DNA of 64,000 nt. It comes from a virus (taxonomy: Duplodnaviria; Caudoviricetes). Position 1 is the first letter of the stretch; every line of letters begins with the position of its first letter. The translations under genes were made by a program, and so were the position numbers. Shown piece after piece: positions 40,683 to 50,612 of the stretch. The DNA lies in IMG/VR virus record IMGVR_UViG_3300033463_000005, positions 64,001 through 128,000 of that record; one strand, given 5' to 3'. Below the pieces are notes generated by a model, which had not been told where the DNA came from, searched no databases, and saw nothing but the letters and a program-made list of their open reading frames with translations.

Positions 40683-42971
40683 TTACTGACCACCGTTGCT
40701 GTCCTTGCTGTAGTACTTGTTAGCCTGGAATGCAGGTGCAACGCCAGTAACAGCGGTGCGCTCGCCTTCCTCGGTATCAGCAACATAGTAGGTGCTGTAC
40801 GTGGTAGCCCAATCAGCAGGCTCGGTCTGAATTGCAGAACCACCGGTTGCAGCAGTGAAGTAGAACTTCGTGGTGTCGAATACCGGAGCAACTGCAGTAA
40901 CAGCAACCATCTCAGTCTGAGCATCGTTCAGCTGATAGTAGGTGTTGTAAGTAGTAGCCCAGTTTGCAGGCTCATTCTCAAGAACCGTATAGCCTTCGGT
41001 CGGATCAACCGGAGTCGGGCCAGGAGGAGTTGTACCACCGACCAGACCAGCGTTGGAATCCGGAACGAGGACAGAGTTCTTGCAGATCACGCGACCCTGG
41101 ATACCCTGGATTGCGATGGTCTTGTACTGGGAAGAAGTGGTGACGATAATTGCTGCACCGCCCGGATTCTGTGCATCAGCATAAGCTGCATTCTCCGGAG
41201 AGTTGGTGAGGTGACGTGCGAAGCGGAGGTGCTTGTAGGAGATGTGGAACTTATCCATCGGATATGCCACGATCTTGAAGAAGTACTCGCGAGAGACGTC
41301 GCCTTCCTGTGCACCCTTCTGGTATGCAGGAATGGTGATGTAAGCATCAACACGGTTGGAAGAAACAACACGAATCGGCACATCAGTATCAGTCAGGACA
41401 CCGAATGCGTGGTTCATGGTCACGCCACCGATCTCAGTGCTCTTCTGAACAGTCCAAGTGGTGAACTTGTTGAGAAGACGTGCTGCCTTCGGGTTCGCAT
41501 AGATGACGAAGCCGAGGTTGTCGAGCTTACCACGATCGCAGAGCTCGTAGATAACGGTTGCGATTGCGTTGTTGATCGCGTTGGTTCTGTACTCCCAAGG
41601 ATCGCCAGCGAAGCTCGGGGAGATAGCAGTCGGATCGAGATCAATGTACTCGGTGCAGGTGTAGGACTCGAGTGCGAAGACATCGGTGTCAACACCATCG
41701 TACTTGTCGAACTCCTCATCGAGGAACTCGAGAATGTACTCATCCTCGAACATCTCCTGTGCGGTGACGAGCTCTTGGACGAGACGGTTGTAGAGGTTGA
41801 AGTTCAGTGAAGCATTAGCCTCAGCAAAGTCCTCAACAGTGAACGGGAGCTGGAAGCGAACGCCGTCAGAGATGAGGAACTTACGGATTTCCGGATACTC
41901 ACGGAAACCGATTGTTCTCAGGTTGGTCTCATTGGAGACGTGACCAGAGACATAGATACCGGTGATGGAACCGCAAGAGGTAGCGGTCACAGTACCCTTG
42001 ATGAAGTCGATGACACCAGAGAGACGATCAGAGACATTGTTGATGACCTCACCGGTTGCCTTGTTCGTGGTCGGATCAACAACAGTCAGCTTCTGACCCT
42101 CGGTGATACCGCCATTGAGGAACACACCACCGGTCTGAATGTCGATCTGAATACCACCGTTCGGGAGCTTCACCTTCTTACCATCGATCTGGACATACTG
42201 GATGCCGAAATCATAGGATAGACGAGTGCGAACGTTCGGAGTGATCGTGGTCGGATCACCATTGTCATCAAGCAGCCAGTTGAACAGAGAGTACTTCTTG
42301 TTCGTAGCAGCCTGAATGGTAGCGAGAGGAAGAACGGTCTTGTCGTTGAGACGGAGGCCCTTACCTGCATTCCACAGTTTCTTCCACAGCGGTTGTCCAT
42401 CCTCATCCTTCTGGAAGTAGATAGCCGGGGTCTCATACTCCTCACCAGTCTGGTTGTTGACCAGATACTTGATGAAGATTCTCTGCTCGATGTTCACAGA
42501 GGAAGCTGTCTGAACAGGAATGATATCTTTACCGAGGAAGCGGATGTACTGCTTAATCAGAGCCGGGAAGTCCAGAGTAGAAAGCGGCAGATAGTTTGCC
42601 ACGTTGTAAGACTCCTGGATCAGGAAGGATTGCTTGGAAGCATCCCATGCATTCTCCAGCTGATCAGCAACCTGCTCGAGGTGAACTCTTTCAGCCTCAG
42701 TAGTAACAGGATACTCACGGATATCCTTCAGAATCGGATCAAGCAAGAGTGTCTTGTACTCAAGCATGACTTCCTTAGAATCCATCATACGCTTTGCATC
42801 ACGCATGACATCAACTTTGGCTCTATCTTTCATGAGACCGACAACATTTTCAAAATGCTCGTCAAAGCCATCACGAAGACCACTCAGCTCAGATGCAGAA
42901 GCAGAGTTGACAAGATTCTGCTGCTCCTGGAACCAGGTGTTATGGGAATCCGACGTACGTCTGAATGCCAT
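40683..42971 (-). CDS. Major capsid protein precursor with C-terminal appended repeat domain
   Basis: 762 aa; strongest high-expression codon bias in the window; helical N-terminal propeptide ending FLIQE(120)-S; GKDIIPVQT, VIYANPKAARLL; P/T linker plus repeat tail. Confidence 0.8.
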   Translation of the reverse strand: MAFRRTSDSHNTWFQEQQNLVNSASASELSGLRDGFDEHFENVVGLMKDRAKVDVMRDAKRMMDSKEVMLEYKTLLLDPILKDIREYPVTTEAERVHLEQVADQLENAWDASKQSFLIQESYNVANYLPLSTLDFPALIKQYIRFLGKDIIPVQTASSVNIEQRIFIKYLVNNQTGEEYETPAIYFQKDEDGQPLWKKLWNAGKGLRLNDKTVLPLATIQAATNKKYSLFNWLLDDNGDPTTITPNVRTRLSYDFGIQYVQIDGKKVKLPNGGIQIDIQTGGVFLNGGITEGQKLTVVDPTTNKATGEVINNVSDRLSGVIDFIKGTVTATSCGSITGIYVSGHVSNETNLRTIGFREYPEIRKFLISDGVRFQLPFTVEDFAEANASLNFNLYNRLVQELVTAQEMFEDEYILEFLDEEFDKYDGVDTDVFALESYTCTEYIDLDPTAISPSFAGDPWEYRTNAINNAIATVIYELCDRGKLDNLGFVIYANPKAARLLNKFTTWTVQKSTEIGGVTMNHAFGVLTDTDVPIRVVSSNRVDAYITIPAYQKGAQEGDVSREYFFKIVAYPMDKFHISYKHLRFARHLTNSPENAAYADAQNPGGAAIIVTTSSQYKTIAIQGIQGRVICKNSVLVPDSNAGLVGGTTPPGPTPVDPTEGYTVLENEPANWATTYNTYYQLNDAQTEMVAVTAVAPVFDTTKFYFTAATGGSAIQTEPADWATTYSTYYVADTEEGERTAVTGVAPAFQANKYYSKDSNGGQ

Positions 42972-43024
42972 AAGAAAACAACTCCTTTATTTTTTGGATT
43001 TTAATGTGAGAGACCTTGTCTCTT

Positions 43025-43621
43025 TCATTCGGAATCTTTTTGAAACTTCTTCAATACCGAATCGATTTCATCTTGCAACAAGGTGTACAAAGTTGTGAGT
43101 TTCTGATAGTATAGCAGATTCTCACCATAGCTCAGATTCACAAACTTGTTCAAGACATAGTCTTGTGCATTTGTGAGAGCACGTCTCAACCGATTGATTG
43201 AATTGTCGTTTAATGCGACAACGTCATACGGAAGTAATGGAATGATAGCTTGAAGGTTTTCCAGAGTCTCTTCAATTTCAGAGTTCTTATCCAACATCTG
43301 TTGATACAACTGCTGATTCAGAACATCGTTTGCTTTTTGAGACAATGTATCAGGTTTCTCTTGACTGTCGTCATTCGATTCACCCTGATCACCACCAATG
43401 TCACCCTCATCACCTCCGGTTCCATCGAAGCTTAAATCCTCCATATCGGTTGGCTCTGGAGGAAGATCGGCTCCCATGTCAGCCGGTGGTTGTTCGCCTG
43501 TTTGACCTTGTTGCTGATCATCTATATTGGGTTCAGGTTCTTCAGTCGGAGCGAAAGGCTCCATCAAATCACCTTCAGCTTCCATTATAGCGTAGAACAA
43601 GTTCTTTTGCATTCGAAACAA
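43025..43621 (-). CDS. Acidic scaffold/prohead-core-like protein
   Basis: Immediately upstream of the capsid gene; AIME-A site, acidic Pro-rich disordered region, helical C-terminus. Confidence 0.45.
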   Translation of the reverse strand: MFRMQKNLFYAIMEAEGDLMEPFAPTEEPEPNIDDQQQGQTGEQPPADMGADLPPEPTDMEDLSFDGTGGDEGDIGGDQGESNDDSQEKPDTLSQKANDVLNQQLYQQMLDKNSEIEETLENLQAIIPLLPYDVVALNDNSINRLRRALTNAQDYVLNKFVNLSYGENLLYYQKLTTLYTLLQDEIDSVLKKFQKDSE

Positions 43622-43636
43622 TCACCTTCTTTCGTG

Positions 43637-46600
43637 TTAGTAAACCGATTTAGACGTAGCAAATTTCCGTTTTTGAGCATCAGCAGACATTGATACCAAC
43701 TTTGCACGCATGCGCATCAGTTGATACAATTCTTTCTGTTGTTCCGGAGATTGCTTTTCACCATAATAATTATGGGATTTCAGATTTTCAATCTTCTGAT
43801 CAATGATTTGAATCTCGGTTGCAATTTCATCATTCGCTTCTTTGCGCAACCGTTCACGGTCTGCTAATTTCAGACCCTGTACGCCAAGATATGTTGCACC
43901 AAGAAACGGAGAAACGGCAGTAAACAGAGCAAATTTTCCAGTCTTCAATGCAAGTCTCGCAACCTTAAAGAGTGCGGATCTGTATGAAGGATTTTCAACC
44001 AACTCTGCTTTGACACGATCTTCATCTCGTTTGACAAAAGAATCGACCATCTTACGAAGCCATAATTTGGTTCTTCCAATCGGTTTGACAATTGCTCTTG
44101 CGGTATTTCCAACTTTTTGTACACCGCGTTTTGCTTTCTGGTGTAGAGAAAGCATGGCCATGTCAGCATCCTGTAATGTTGTTGACAAAGGTACTGACGG
44201 AGGAGTACCAGCATCCGATTCGACAAATAGGGGCTCTTTAGAATCCAAAAGTGCGAACACTTCCTGAACACTCTTTCCATTGGAAAAAGTATCAGGTGAT
44301 TCCTTAGAATTTGAAGAAGGCCTGGTATTATCATAATTGTTTGATGCTTTATTACGTCCAGCATGATTTGTCCGTTTATTGGACGACAAATCGTTTGTCG
44401 TAACTGTTGTCGTAGTGGTTTTACCAGAGGACAAATCATTTGTGGTGGTTGTGTTGTGGGAGTTTGTATTGTAAGTGATATTGTAAATCACCTGACCCGC
44501 ACCACCATGTGAAGGATTCTTGATGTCACCTTTGTAACCAGAGCCGAGCATATCACCAATCGATTCCGCATCTGGTGTATTCAAACGTGCTTGAATGGAA
44601 TCTGCCAAATCATCGAAATCATTTGTCGGAACATCCGGTGGAAGTTGAACATCAAGCGGAGAAGATGGATCACTGGTAGAATCATTCGATTGATCCGATG
44701 GTTTGTCATCAGACAGATTGATGCGTTCCTTCATATAGGTTGGAATGTCACCAAGTTCTTGCTCTTGAATAGATTCATCTTCTTCAACTTCTTCTGTTTC
44801 AGTGTCTTCTTCAACCGGCTCTTCTTCATCTTCATCTTCATCAGAATCAACCGGATGACCAAACACGGGCTTTCCCTCCCAATCATCCAGATGATCCAAA
44901 AGCATCTCGATATTATTCCAGAAAGGTTTGATATCGGATTTCAGAACATTTTCGATTTCGAATGGATTATCCGAGAACATGATAGAACCGTCATTGACAT
45001 TCAAATACAAACATTTGATTTGCTCTTCAATGTCATCCGGCATATCCATATCAGGATCATCAAACGGATACCATTCTGCAAACATCAGTAATCCGTTCTG
45101 AACCATGACTTTACCGATCTCGGTGTTCTGCAATGCAGCCAACATATCGGCGAATGAGAAAACATTACCAAGCATTCCACCGTTATCACATTTGATCAGT
45201 TTTCCATGCTTCGGTGGATGGTTGATGAACTCGATGAATTCTTTCGGGAGATGTTCGCCAAGTTTCTTTTCGATCTGATTGATCTTCTTCCGTTTAGACT
45301 TCTCTTTCAGCTTTGCAATGAAACCTTCTTGAATCGGCTCATCAAACAATTGATACGATTCACCAATGTATTGATCAATCTTAATTGGGGATGAGCCCTT
45401 GTTATATAGAGCATCACCAATGGAAGCAATGTCCTGGTATACAGCTTCCATGAACGCATCACAATACTTCATGTCGGACAATGACATGTCACCCAACAGT
45501 TTCATCGTATCCAAAGCGTATTCTGTCACCTGATCAGAGGTCTCAACAACATCGGTTGTTTTGGTTTGCTTCTGATACGGGTTGGCAGAACGGGAGTTCT
45601 GATTGATTCTGGCACGAATCTTTTTCACAAATCCATCCTCTGTCGGATAATCTTTTTCCTTCACATCGTCCGGAAGGAGATTATAAAGGATATCAAAATA
45701 GATACGAGAATCGAAAATGTTGAACAATGTCAAAATCGTGTTGTTTGAAATCGTAGCATTCTCTTGATTCGCCAGATTCAATTTCATGAAATCTTCGATG
45801 AAGCGAATGGTTCCCTCTTTATCAATTTTGAATGTTGTGAAAATATCGTAACGTCCGAATCTCTTGGCTCCGTTATTCTTTCGAATAATGGAAGAGTATG
45901 ATTTTGCATAATCCTTGAATGCAGGATGTTGCGTAACTTTGATGTCCCATTTGTTCTTCTTCATTGTGAAGATGTTTGCATAAATGAACGGCATCACATT
46001 ATCCGCAAACATTGTCACATCCGATTCCGGAATAGAAGAAAAATATGATGCAAGATCATCCGTATTATCACATTCACGAAGCTTCTTCAATAATGCATTC
46101 ACCCGGGATTCCAGTTGTCTAGAAATCTTCCATTTCTTTGACTTGGAATCATAAGTAACGTGCTCCGGTTTCTTCTCCGTGAAATAATTCACTGCAGCAG
46201 CTTCCTGAACAGTTTCATCAATGACGATTTCACAATCCTGGAGATCGGTGAAAGATTCGAAACGCTGTTTCTCGGTATCTTCCATCATGTCCTCGGGAAG
46301 TTTGATTTGATCATTTTCGAAGATGGATTGTACATAATCCGCACCATCGAACAGTTTATATTCGCCGGGGAATTTTGCAATGGAATCCAACTCCGGAACA
46401 GGGATCGGTGCGGTGAACAGTTGGATTGCTTCACGATACTTCGATGGAGTTGTGAACAACTCAAATGAATAGATACCGTTCAACAAGTCTTCAAACTGAT
46501 TGAAATTGTTTGCGATATATTGCAGCACTTTGAAGCCGACAAATGCGTGTAGATGATCCTGTGCAACCTGATTGGATCCATTCAGAATTGCAAACCATGG

Positions 46601-47455
46601 ATCATTCTGTGCAACTGATACGAGTTCTTCCGCAGCTTCTTGCACTGGTTCATCTTCCAACTTTCGCAATCCATCATAAATATCATCACAGAATTTATAC
46701 AATACTTCGATACATTTTTCAACTTCTGCTTTAACTGTTGCGATGCCACCTTCGATATTTTCAAAATATGTTTCTTTATCCTCGGCGACACTCTGATCCA
46801 TCCATTTTGAGAATCTATTTTGAAATTCATTCAAAGATGTGGATGCTTCATCATAAATATTGGGGAATCTCTTGTACAGCGGAGACTGAACTTTGATACA
46901 ATCATCAATCCGTTTACAGAGTTCCTTCAGATAATCGATAAAATCAAACAGAACTGACCCGGCACCCAATTCAAAGTTTTCCGGATCCCATTGATCATCA
47001 AACGAATCGTCGGTCTTTCCATCGAATCGTGCAGCAAACCAACCAACACCCGTATCAAGTAAATCAAATAATTTTTGATCTGCCGGAGTGTTCTTTTCAT
47101 ACTTACGATTTTTGATATGCTGTCTGATACCGCTGACAATGTTTGCCAATGCAAATAGTGCCGCCGTGATGCCCATCGCGGCCCCAATAACACCTTCCTG
47201 TTGCACTTCGGGTTTTTCACCAATTGTTTCACGAAGACCATTCAATGCATCCATCGCTTTTTGCGGATTATCAACCCATTCTGGTTCGATATTATCCAAC
47301 CATGAAATTGTACGAGAGATAATCCGATCCAATTGAAATTCATCATTCACAACCGGAAATGCTTTTGTCTTGAAACTGGATGCAAAAAATTTGTTCATCG
47401 CATCAATTGCAACTTTGATATTGTCAAAGTATGTCTTCTTAATGACAATTTGCAT
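43637..47455 (-). CDS. Large internal head polyprotein containing a SMI1/KNR4 (SUKH)-like domain
   Basis: Junction motifs VQQEG, PVQEA, TVQEA, PIQEG, SIQEQ, SVQEV, FVES; INQIEKKLGEHLPKEFIEFI...LLMFAE...LYLNVNDGSIMF; RBS favours ATG 47455. Confidence 0.65.
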   Translation of the reverse strand: MQIVIKKTYFDNIKVAIDAMNKFFASSFKTKAFPVVNDEFQLDRIISRTISWLDNIEPEWVDNPQKAMDALNGLRETIGEKPEVQQEGVIGAAMGITAALFALANIVSGIRQHIKNRKYEKNTPADQKLFDLLDTGVGWFAARFDGKTDDSFDDQWDPENFELGAGSVLFDFIDYLKELCKRIDDCIKVQSPLYKRFPNIYDEASTSLNEFQNRFSKWMDQSVAEDKETYFENIEGGIATVKAEVEKCIEVLYKFCDDIYDGLRKLEDEPVQEAAEELVSVAQNDPWFAILNGSNQVAQDHLHAFVGFKVLQYIANNFNQFEDLLNGIYSFELFTTPSKYREAIQLFTAPIPVPELDSIAKFPGEYKLFDGADYVQSIFENDQIKLPEDMMEDTEKQRFESFTDLQDCEIVIDETVQEAAAVNYFTEKKPEHVTYDSKSKKWKISRQLESRVNALLKKLRECDNTDDLASYFSSIPESDVTMFADNVMPFIYANIFTMKKNKWDIKVTQHPAFKDYAKSYSSIIRKNNGAKRFGRYDIFTTFKIDKEGTIRFIEDFMKLNLANQENATISNNTILTLFNIFDSRIYFDILYNLLPDDVKEKDYPTEDGFVKKIRARINQNSRSANPYQKQTKTTDVVETSDQVTEYALDTMKLLGDMSLSDMKYCDAFMEAVYQDIASIGDALYNKGSSPIKIDQYIGESYQLFDEPIQEGFIAKLKEKSKRKKINQIEKKLGEHLPKEFIEFINHPPKHGKLIKCDNGGMLGNVFSFADMLAALQNTEIGKVMVQNGLLMFAEWYPFDDPDMDMPDDIEEQIKCLYLNVNDGSIMFSDNPFEIENVLKSDIKPFWNNIEMLLDHLDDWEGKPVFGHPVDSDEDEDEEEPVEEDTETEEVEEDESIQEQELGDIPTYMKERINLSDDKPSDQSNDSTSDPSSPLDVQLPPDVPTNDFDDLADSIQARLNTPDAESIGDMLGSGYKGDIKNPSHGGAGQVIYNITYNTNSHNTTTTNDLSSGKTTTTTVTTNDLSSNKRTNHAGRNKASNNYDNTRPSSNSKESPDTFSNGKSVQEVFALLDSKEPLFVESDAGTPPSVPLSTTLQDADMAMLSLHQKAKRGVQKVGNTARAIVKPIGRTKLWLRKMVDSFVKRDEDRVKAELVENPSYRSALFKVARLALKTGKFALFTAVSPFLGATYLGVQGLKLADRERLRKEANDEIATEIQIIDQKIENLKSHNYYGEKQSPEQQKELYQLMRMRAKLVSMSADAQKRKFATSKSVY

Positions 47456-47501
47456 ATGGGAAACTCCTTTCAATTATTTTACCTGAACAATATGAATGAA
47501 G

Positions 47502-47525
47502 TATGGGGCGCATATGCGCCCCATA
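47502..47525. terminator. Perfect 24-bp palindrome (terminator or binding site)
   Basis: tatggggcgcatatgcgccccata. Confidence 0.6.
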
Positions 47526-47565
47526 ATCATATTCATAATTCATGGTTAATCTTCTGTCGAATTAT

Positions 47566-48672
47566 TTATGCATTCAACACGTCGCGTTTGATTTCTTTCA
47601 TTGTATCTTTTCTCATAGCCTTTTTCACTTCATCAACAGAATCTGCAATTTTATCAACTGCGGTACTGAACATGCCGACATGTCTTGCTAACTCAAGCAT
47701 TGTGTTGGAAAATGTTTCAATGTCAAAATCAAAACCGGTGTGGTTCATCTTTTTCTGCAATTCTTGTTGTGCAGCCAAATCTTTCACACGATTTTTGTAC
47801 AGATCTTCGGAGAATTTTCCATAAGCCACGCGTTCACCTTGCTTTGCTGAAATAGATAACCAGAAATGTGATCCACCCATAGAACGAATCGATTCCATGT
47901 TACTTTTTATATCATTGAGACGGTCTGTAATACCGCCACTCGGGTTTACGAAACGCCATACTTCATTCAACTGCAATTGCATTCTTCGACCCACATGGCC
48001 GTCAATTTCTTTCATTTTTTCATATGTTTTCTTTATTGTATTATTGATGTTATCAACACCGGATTTCATATTCATGTCCAAATATGAATGCATTTGCGTA
48101 ATTGTACTCAACAATGTATATGCGACACGAGAAAGTTCATCAATCCATTTTTCAAAATCTGGTTCTGTGAAGAAACTCGTGCCATCTTTATCGGATTGAT
48201 AGCAATACACGTCATACAGACTAACCGATATAATATAATAATTGTTATTATCCGGGTCACTCGCAATATCAAAAGATAAATCCGAAGCATATACTCCACC
48301 CGGTGTGATATTTTTTGCTTTTAGAAAATCTTCAGCTTCTTTCCGATTGTTAAATCGTGCAGACCGCAATTCTTTTTCTAGATATTTGGAATCAGTGTCA
48401 CGAAGACGTTTTCTTTTAAATTGTGTAACAATTCTTACGATCATTCTGATAATCTTTGCAATTAATCTTGGAATGAACATTGCGATCTTTTCAAGAATAG
48501 ATTCTCCTTCTTTTCCTTTGATTGGTGCATTTATTTCATCCATGAATCCTTCTTGGATTAACTGTGCTTCTTTCATGTATACATTCATAAGAGAAGTCAT
48601 CACATCCAATTCGGATGATTCTGTAATAACATCAATATTATCAATCATACACAACAAATCCATGCAACCCAT
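47566..48672 (-). CDS. Internal head protein, shared-leader family
   Basis: LLCMIDNIDVITESSELDVMTSLMNVYMKEAQLIQE-G then GKEGESILEKIAMFIPRL. Confidence 0.7.
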   Translation of the reverse strand: MGCMDLLCMIDNIDVITESSELDVMTSLMNVYMKEAQLIQEGFMDEINAPIKGKEGESILEKIAMFIPRLIAKIIRMIVRIVTQFKRKRLRDTDSKYLEKELRSARFNNRKEAEDFLKAKNITPGGVYASDLSFDIASDPDNNNYYIISVSLYDVYCYQSDKDGTSFFTEPDFEKWIDELSRVAYTLLSTITQMHSYLDMNMKSGVDNINNTIKKTYEKMKEIDGHVGRRMQLQLNEVWRFVNPSGGITDRLNDIKSNMESIRSMGGSHFWLSISAKQGERVAYGKFSEDLYKNRVKDLAAQQELQKKMNHTGFDFDIETFSNTMLELARHVGMFSTAVDKIADSVDEVKKAMRKDTMKEIKRDVLNA

Positions 48673-48673
48673 A

Positions 48674-49693
48674 TTACCACCTCAAATCATTTTCGTCAGC
48701 AACCTTGTAATCAACGACATCAACAATCTTGTTTGATTCACATTGTTTCACATAGTATTCCAAAGCATCGAACCACACTACATGTGACTTGATACTTGTC
48801 GAGATGTATTTCAACAAATCATTTCCGAATGATTTGAGAGATCCCATATCATATGTGATCAGATTAATGTATTCAGAAGCATGATCTCCATACAATGCAT
48901 TTCGTTTATGTTTTGAAGCACCTCTTCGACGAACAACATCCATGATTGCATTTGATGCAGTTGAAAACAAAGTTGATGCACGTGCAATATTTTTATTTGA
49001 TGTCGACAATATTTTCAGATAATGATCCAAAGCGATATCATTGCATTCATATTTACAATATTTAGAAATGAATCTCTGTAGATCGGTATCGCTTTGAATC
49101 TTATCAAATTCGGTTTTTGTAAAGTGTTTTTCAAATGATTTCATTCTATTTGCTATTTGATCAAATGTTGATTTCGTTGGGGTTTGTTGTTTCAGATACG
49201 TATCAGATGCCAATCGTGTTGATGTATCCAATGCAAGATCCAAAATTGATTTCGCCAATTCATTCATATTCTCTTTTTCAGATTTAATATCTCGGAATAT
49301 GCACGGAATATGATCCGAAATCTTTCGACCGAATTTATCAACAACGTCATTCTTTCGAAGCATCTGCACAATTTTACGTGATGAAAATTTAAATGCGATT
49401 CTTCTGATTAAATCTGCGATACGTTTAAAAATGTTTTTGATCAATTCAACCATATTGATGATGAATGAAACCGGACGTGAATTCTTGACCATTGTTTTTA
49501 TGTCTGGATCAATCCCATCACTGATTTTTCCTTCTTGAATAATCAGGTCGGTTGTATCATCAAGATCATATTGCTCGGAAATCGTATCATACTTGATGTA
49601 TGTATCAAGAAGAGATGTCAATACATCCAATTCAGAGAATATACTCTGCTCTTGTACAACGTCAATATATTGCAATAATTCATTTTGATACAT
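48674..49693 (-). CDS. Internal head protein, shared-leader family
   Basis: LLQYIDVVQEQSIFSELDVLTSLLDTYIK...LIIQE-GKI. Confidence 0.7.
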   Translation of the reverse strand: MYQNELLQYIDVVQEQSIFSELDVLTSLLDTYIKYDTISEQYDLDDTTDLIIQEGKISDGIDPDIKTMVKNSRPVSFIINMVELIKNIFKRIADLIRRIAFKFSSRKIVQMLRKNDVVDKFGRKISDHIPCIFRDIKSEKENMNELAKSILDLALDTSTRLASDTYLKQQTPTKSTFDQIANRMKSFEKHFTKTEFDKIQSDTDLQRFISKYCKYECNDIALDHYLKILSTSNKNIARASTLFSTASNAIMDVVRRRGASKHKRNALYGDHASEYINLITYDMGSLKSFGNDLLKYISTSIKSHVVWFDALEYYVKQCESNKIVDVVDYKVADENDLRW

Positions 49694-49710
49694 CAGCTGT
49701 CACCAACCTT

Positions 49711-50607
49711 TTAAACTTCAGCTCTATTATCATCCGCTTCACCATGCTTGAAAACACTCATGTATTTCTCGGTGATTTTTGAAATAATCTGTGTTATTTG
49801 TGATAGATTCACAGATACAATCATTGCGTCGTTATTGATGCTGTCAGTTTTTTGTTTCAAATATTCATCAATGTCAACATCTTGTTCCATCGGTGCTTTT
49901 TTCAAAAACTCACCAGCATCTTTTTGCATCTCATTGGCTTGATACGTGACATTTTCCGCGATCTTCATACAGCTTTTAAGGTTTTCTTTACCTCGCTGAA
50001 TCACTCGAGCAAGTCTATGTTTTTCATTACCTGGATATGTTCTCGCAGTGAATATTGCATTGAAGCCCTCTTTATTTTCCCTATATTTATCAAGAGCGTT
50101 TTTTAGATCTCCAGTTTTTTCACTCATAGTAGAAAAATATGTCAAGAATTGAGCTGGTGTCGGTTGCTCATCTAATTCCATATAACGTAGGTTAATATAC
50201 AGAGTCCCTATAAAGTTATCAAATTCGTCATAATCAATCGGCAGTGATTCTCGAAAGAGCTCCGAATCCAATATATCGGGATCGTAAATTCCAGCCGTCA
50301 AATTGAGCATTGTACTGATTAATTTTACAATGATTCTCATGAATTTCATAATTAATCTCGGAATAAACATGAGAATCTTTTTAATTTTAGATTCGCCATA
50401 TTGACCTTTCAAAGGAGCATTTAAATCGTTAAAAATTTTTCCTTCTTGGAAGATGTCAAATGATGAAAGATCGGACGATTCATCAGCTTCTTGCAAAATA
50501 ACAACTGATTTTGAATAAGCGTTTAATAAGTCATTAATGACAGATAATTCAGACAATGTTGTTTGTTCCTGAATCTTGTCGACGTATTGCAATAACGATT
50601 CTTGCAT
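49711..50607 (-). CDS. Internal head protein, shared-leader family
   Basis: LLQYVDKIQEQTTLSELSVINDLLNAYSK...DIFQE-GKI then GQYGESKIKKILMFIPRL. Confidence 0.7.
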   Translation of the reverse strand: MQESLLQYVDKIQEQTTLSELSVINDLLNAYSKSVVILQEADESSDLSSFDIFQEGKIFNDLNAPLKGQYGESKIKKILMFIPRLIMKFMRIIVKLISTMLNLTAGIYDPDILDSELFRESLPIDYDEFDNFIGTLYINLRYMELDEQPTPAQFLTYFSTMSEKTGDLKNALDKYRENKEGFNAIFTARTYPGNEKHRLARVIQRGKENLKSCMKIAENVTYQANEMQKDAGEFLKKAPMEQDVDIDEYLKQKTDSINNDAMIVSVNLSQITQIISKITEKYMSVFKHGEADDNRAEV

Positions 50608-50612
50608 GCATA

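Noticed and set aside
40667-40924. Programmed frameshift producing an alternative capsid C-terminus
   Set aside because: The overlapping ORF looks like a shadow of biased codon usage; the extension is already in frame and no clear slippery site was seen
41211-43098. Long antisense ORFs opposite the capsid gene (and similar ones opposite the giant tail genes)
   Set aside because: Explained by codon bias of the sense gene; no RBS or protein-like motifs
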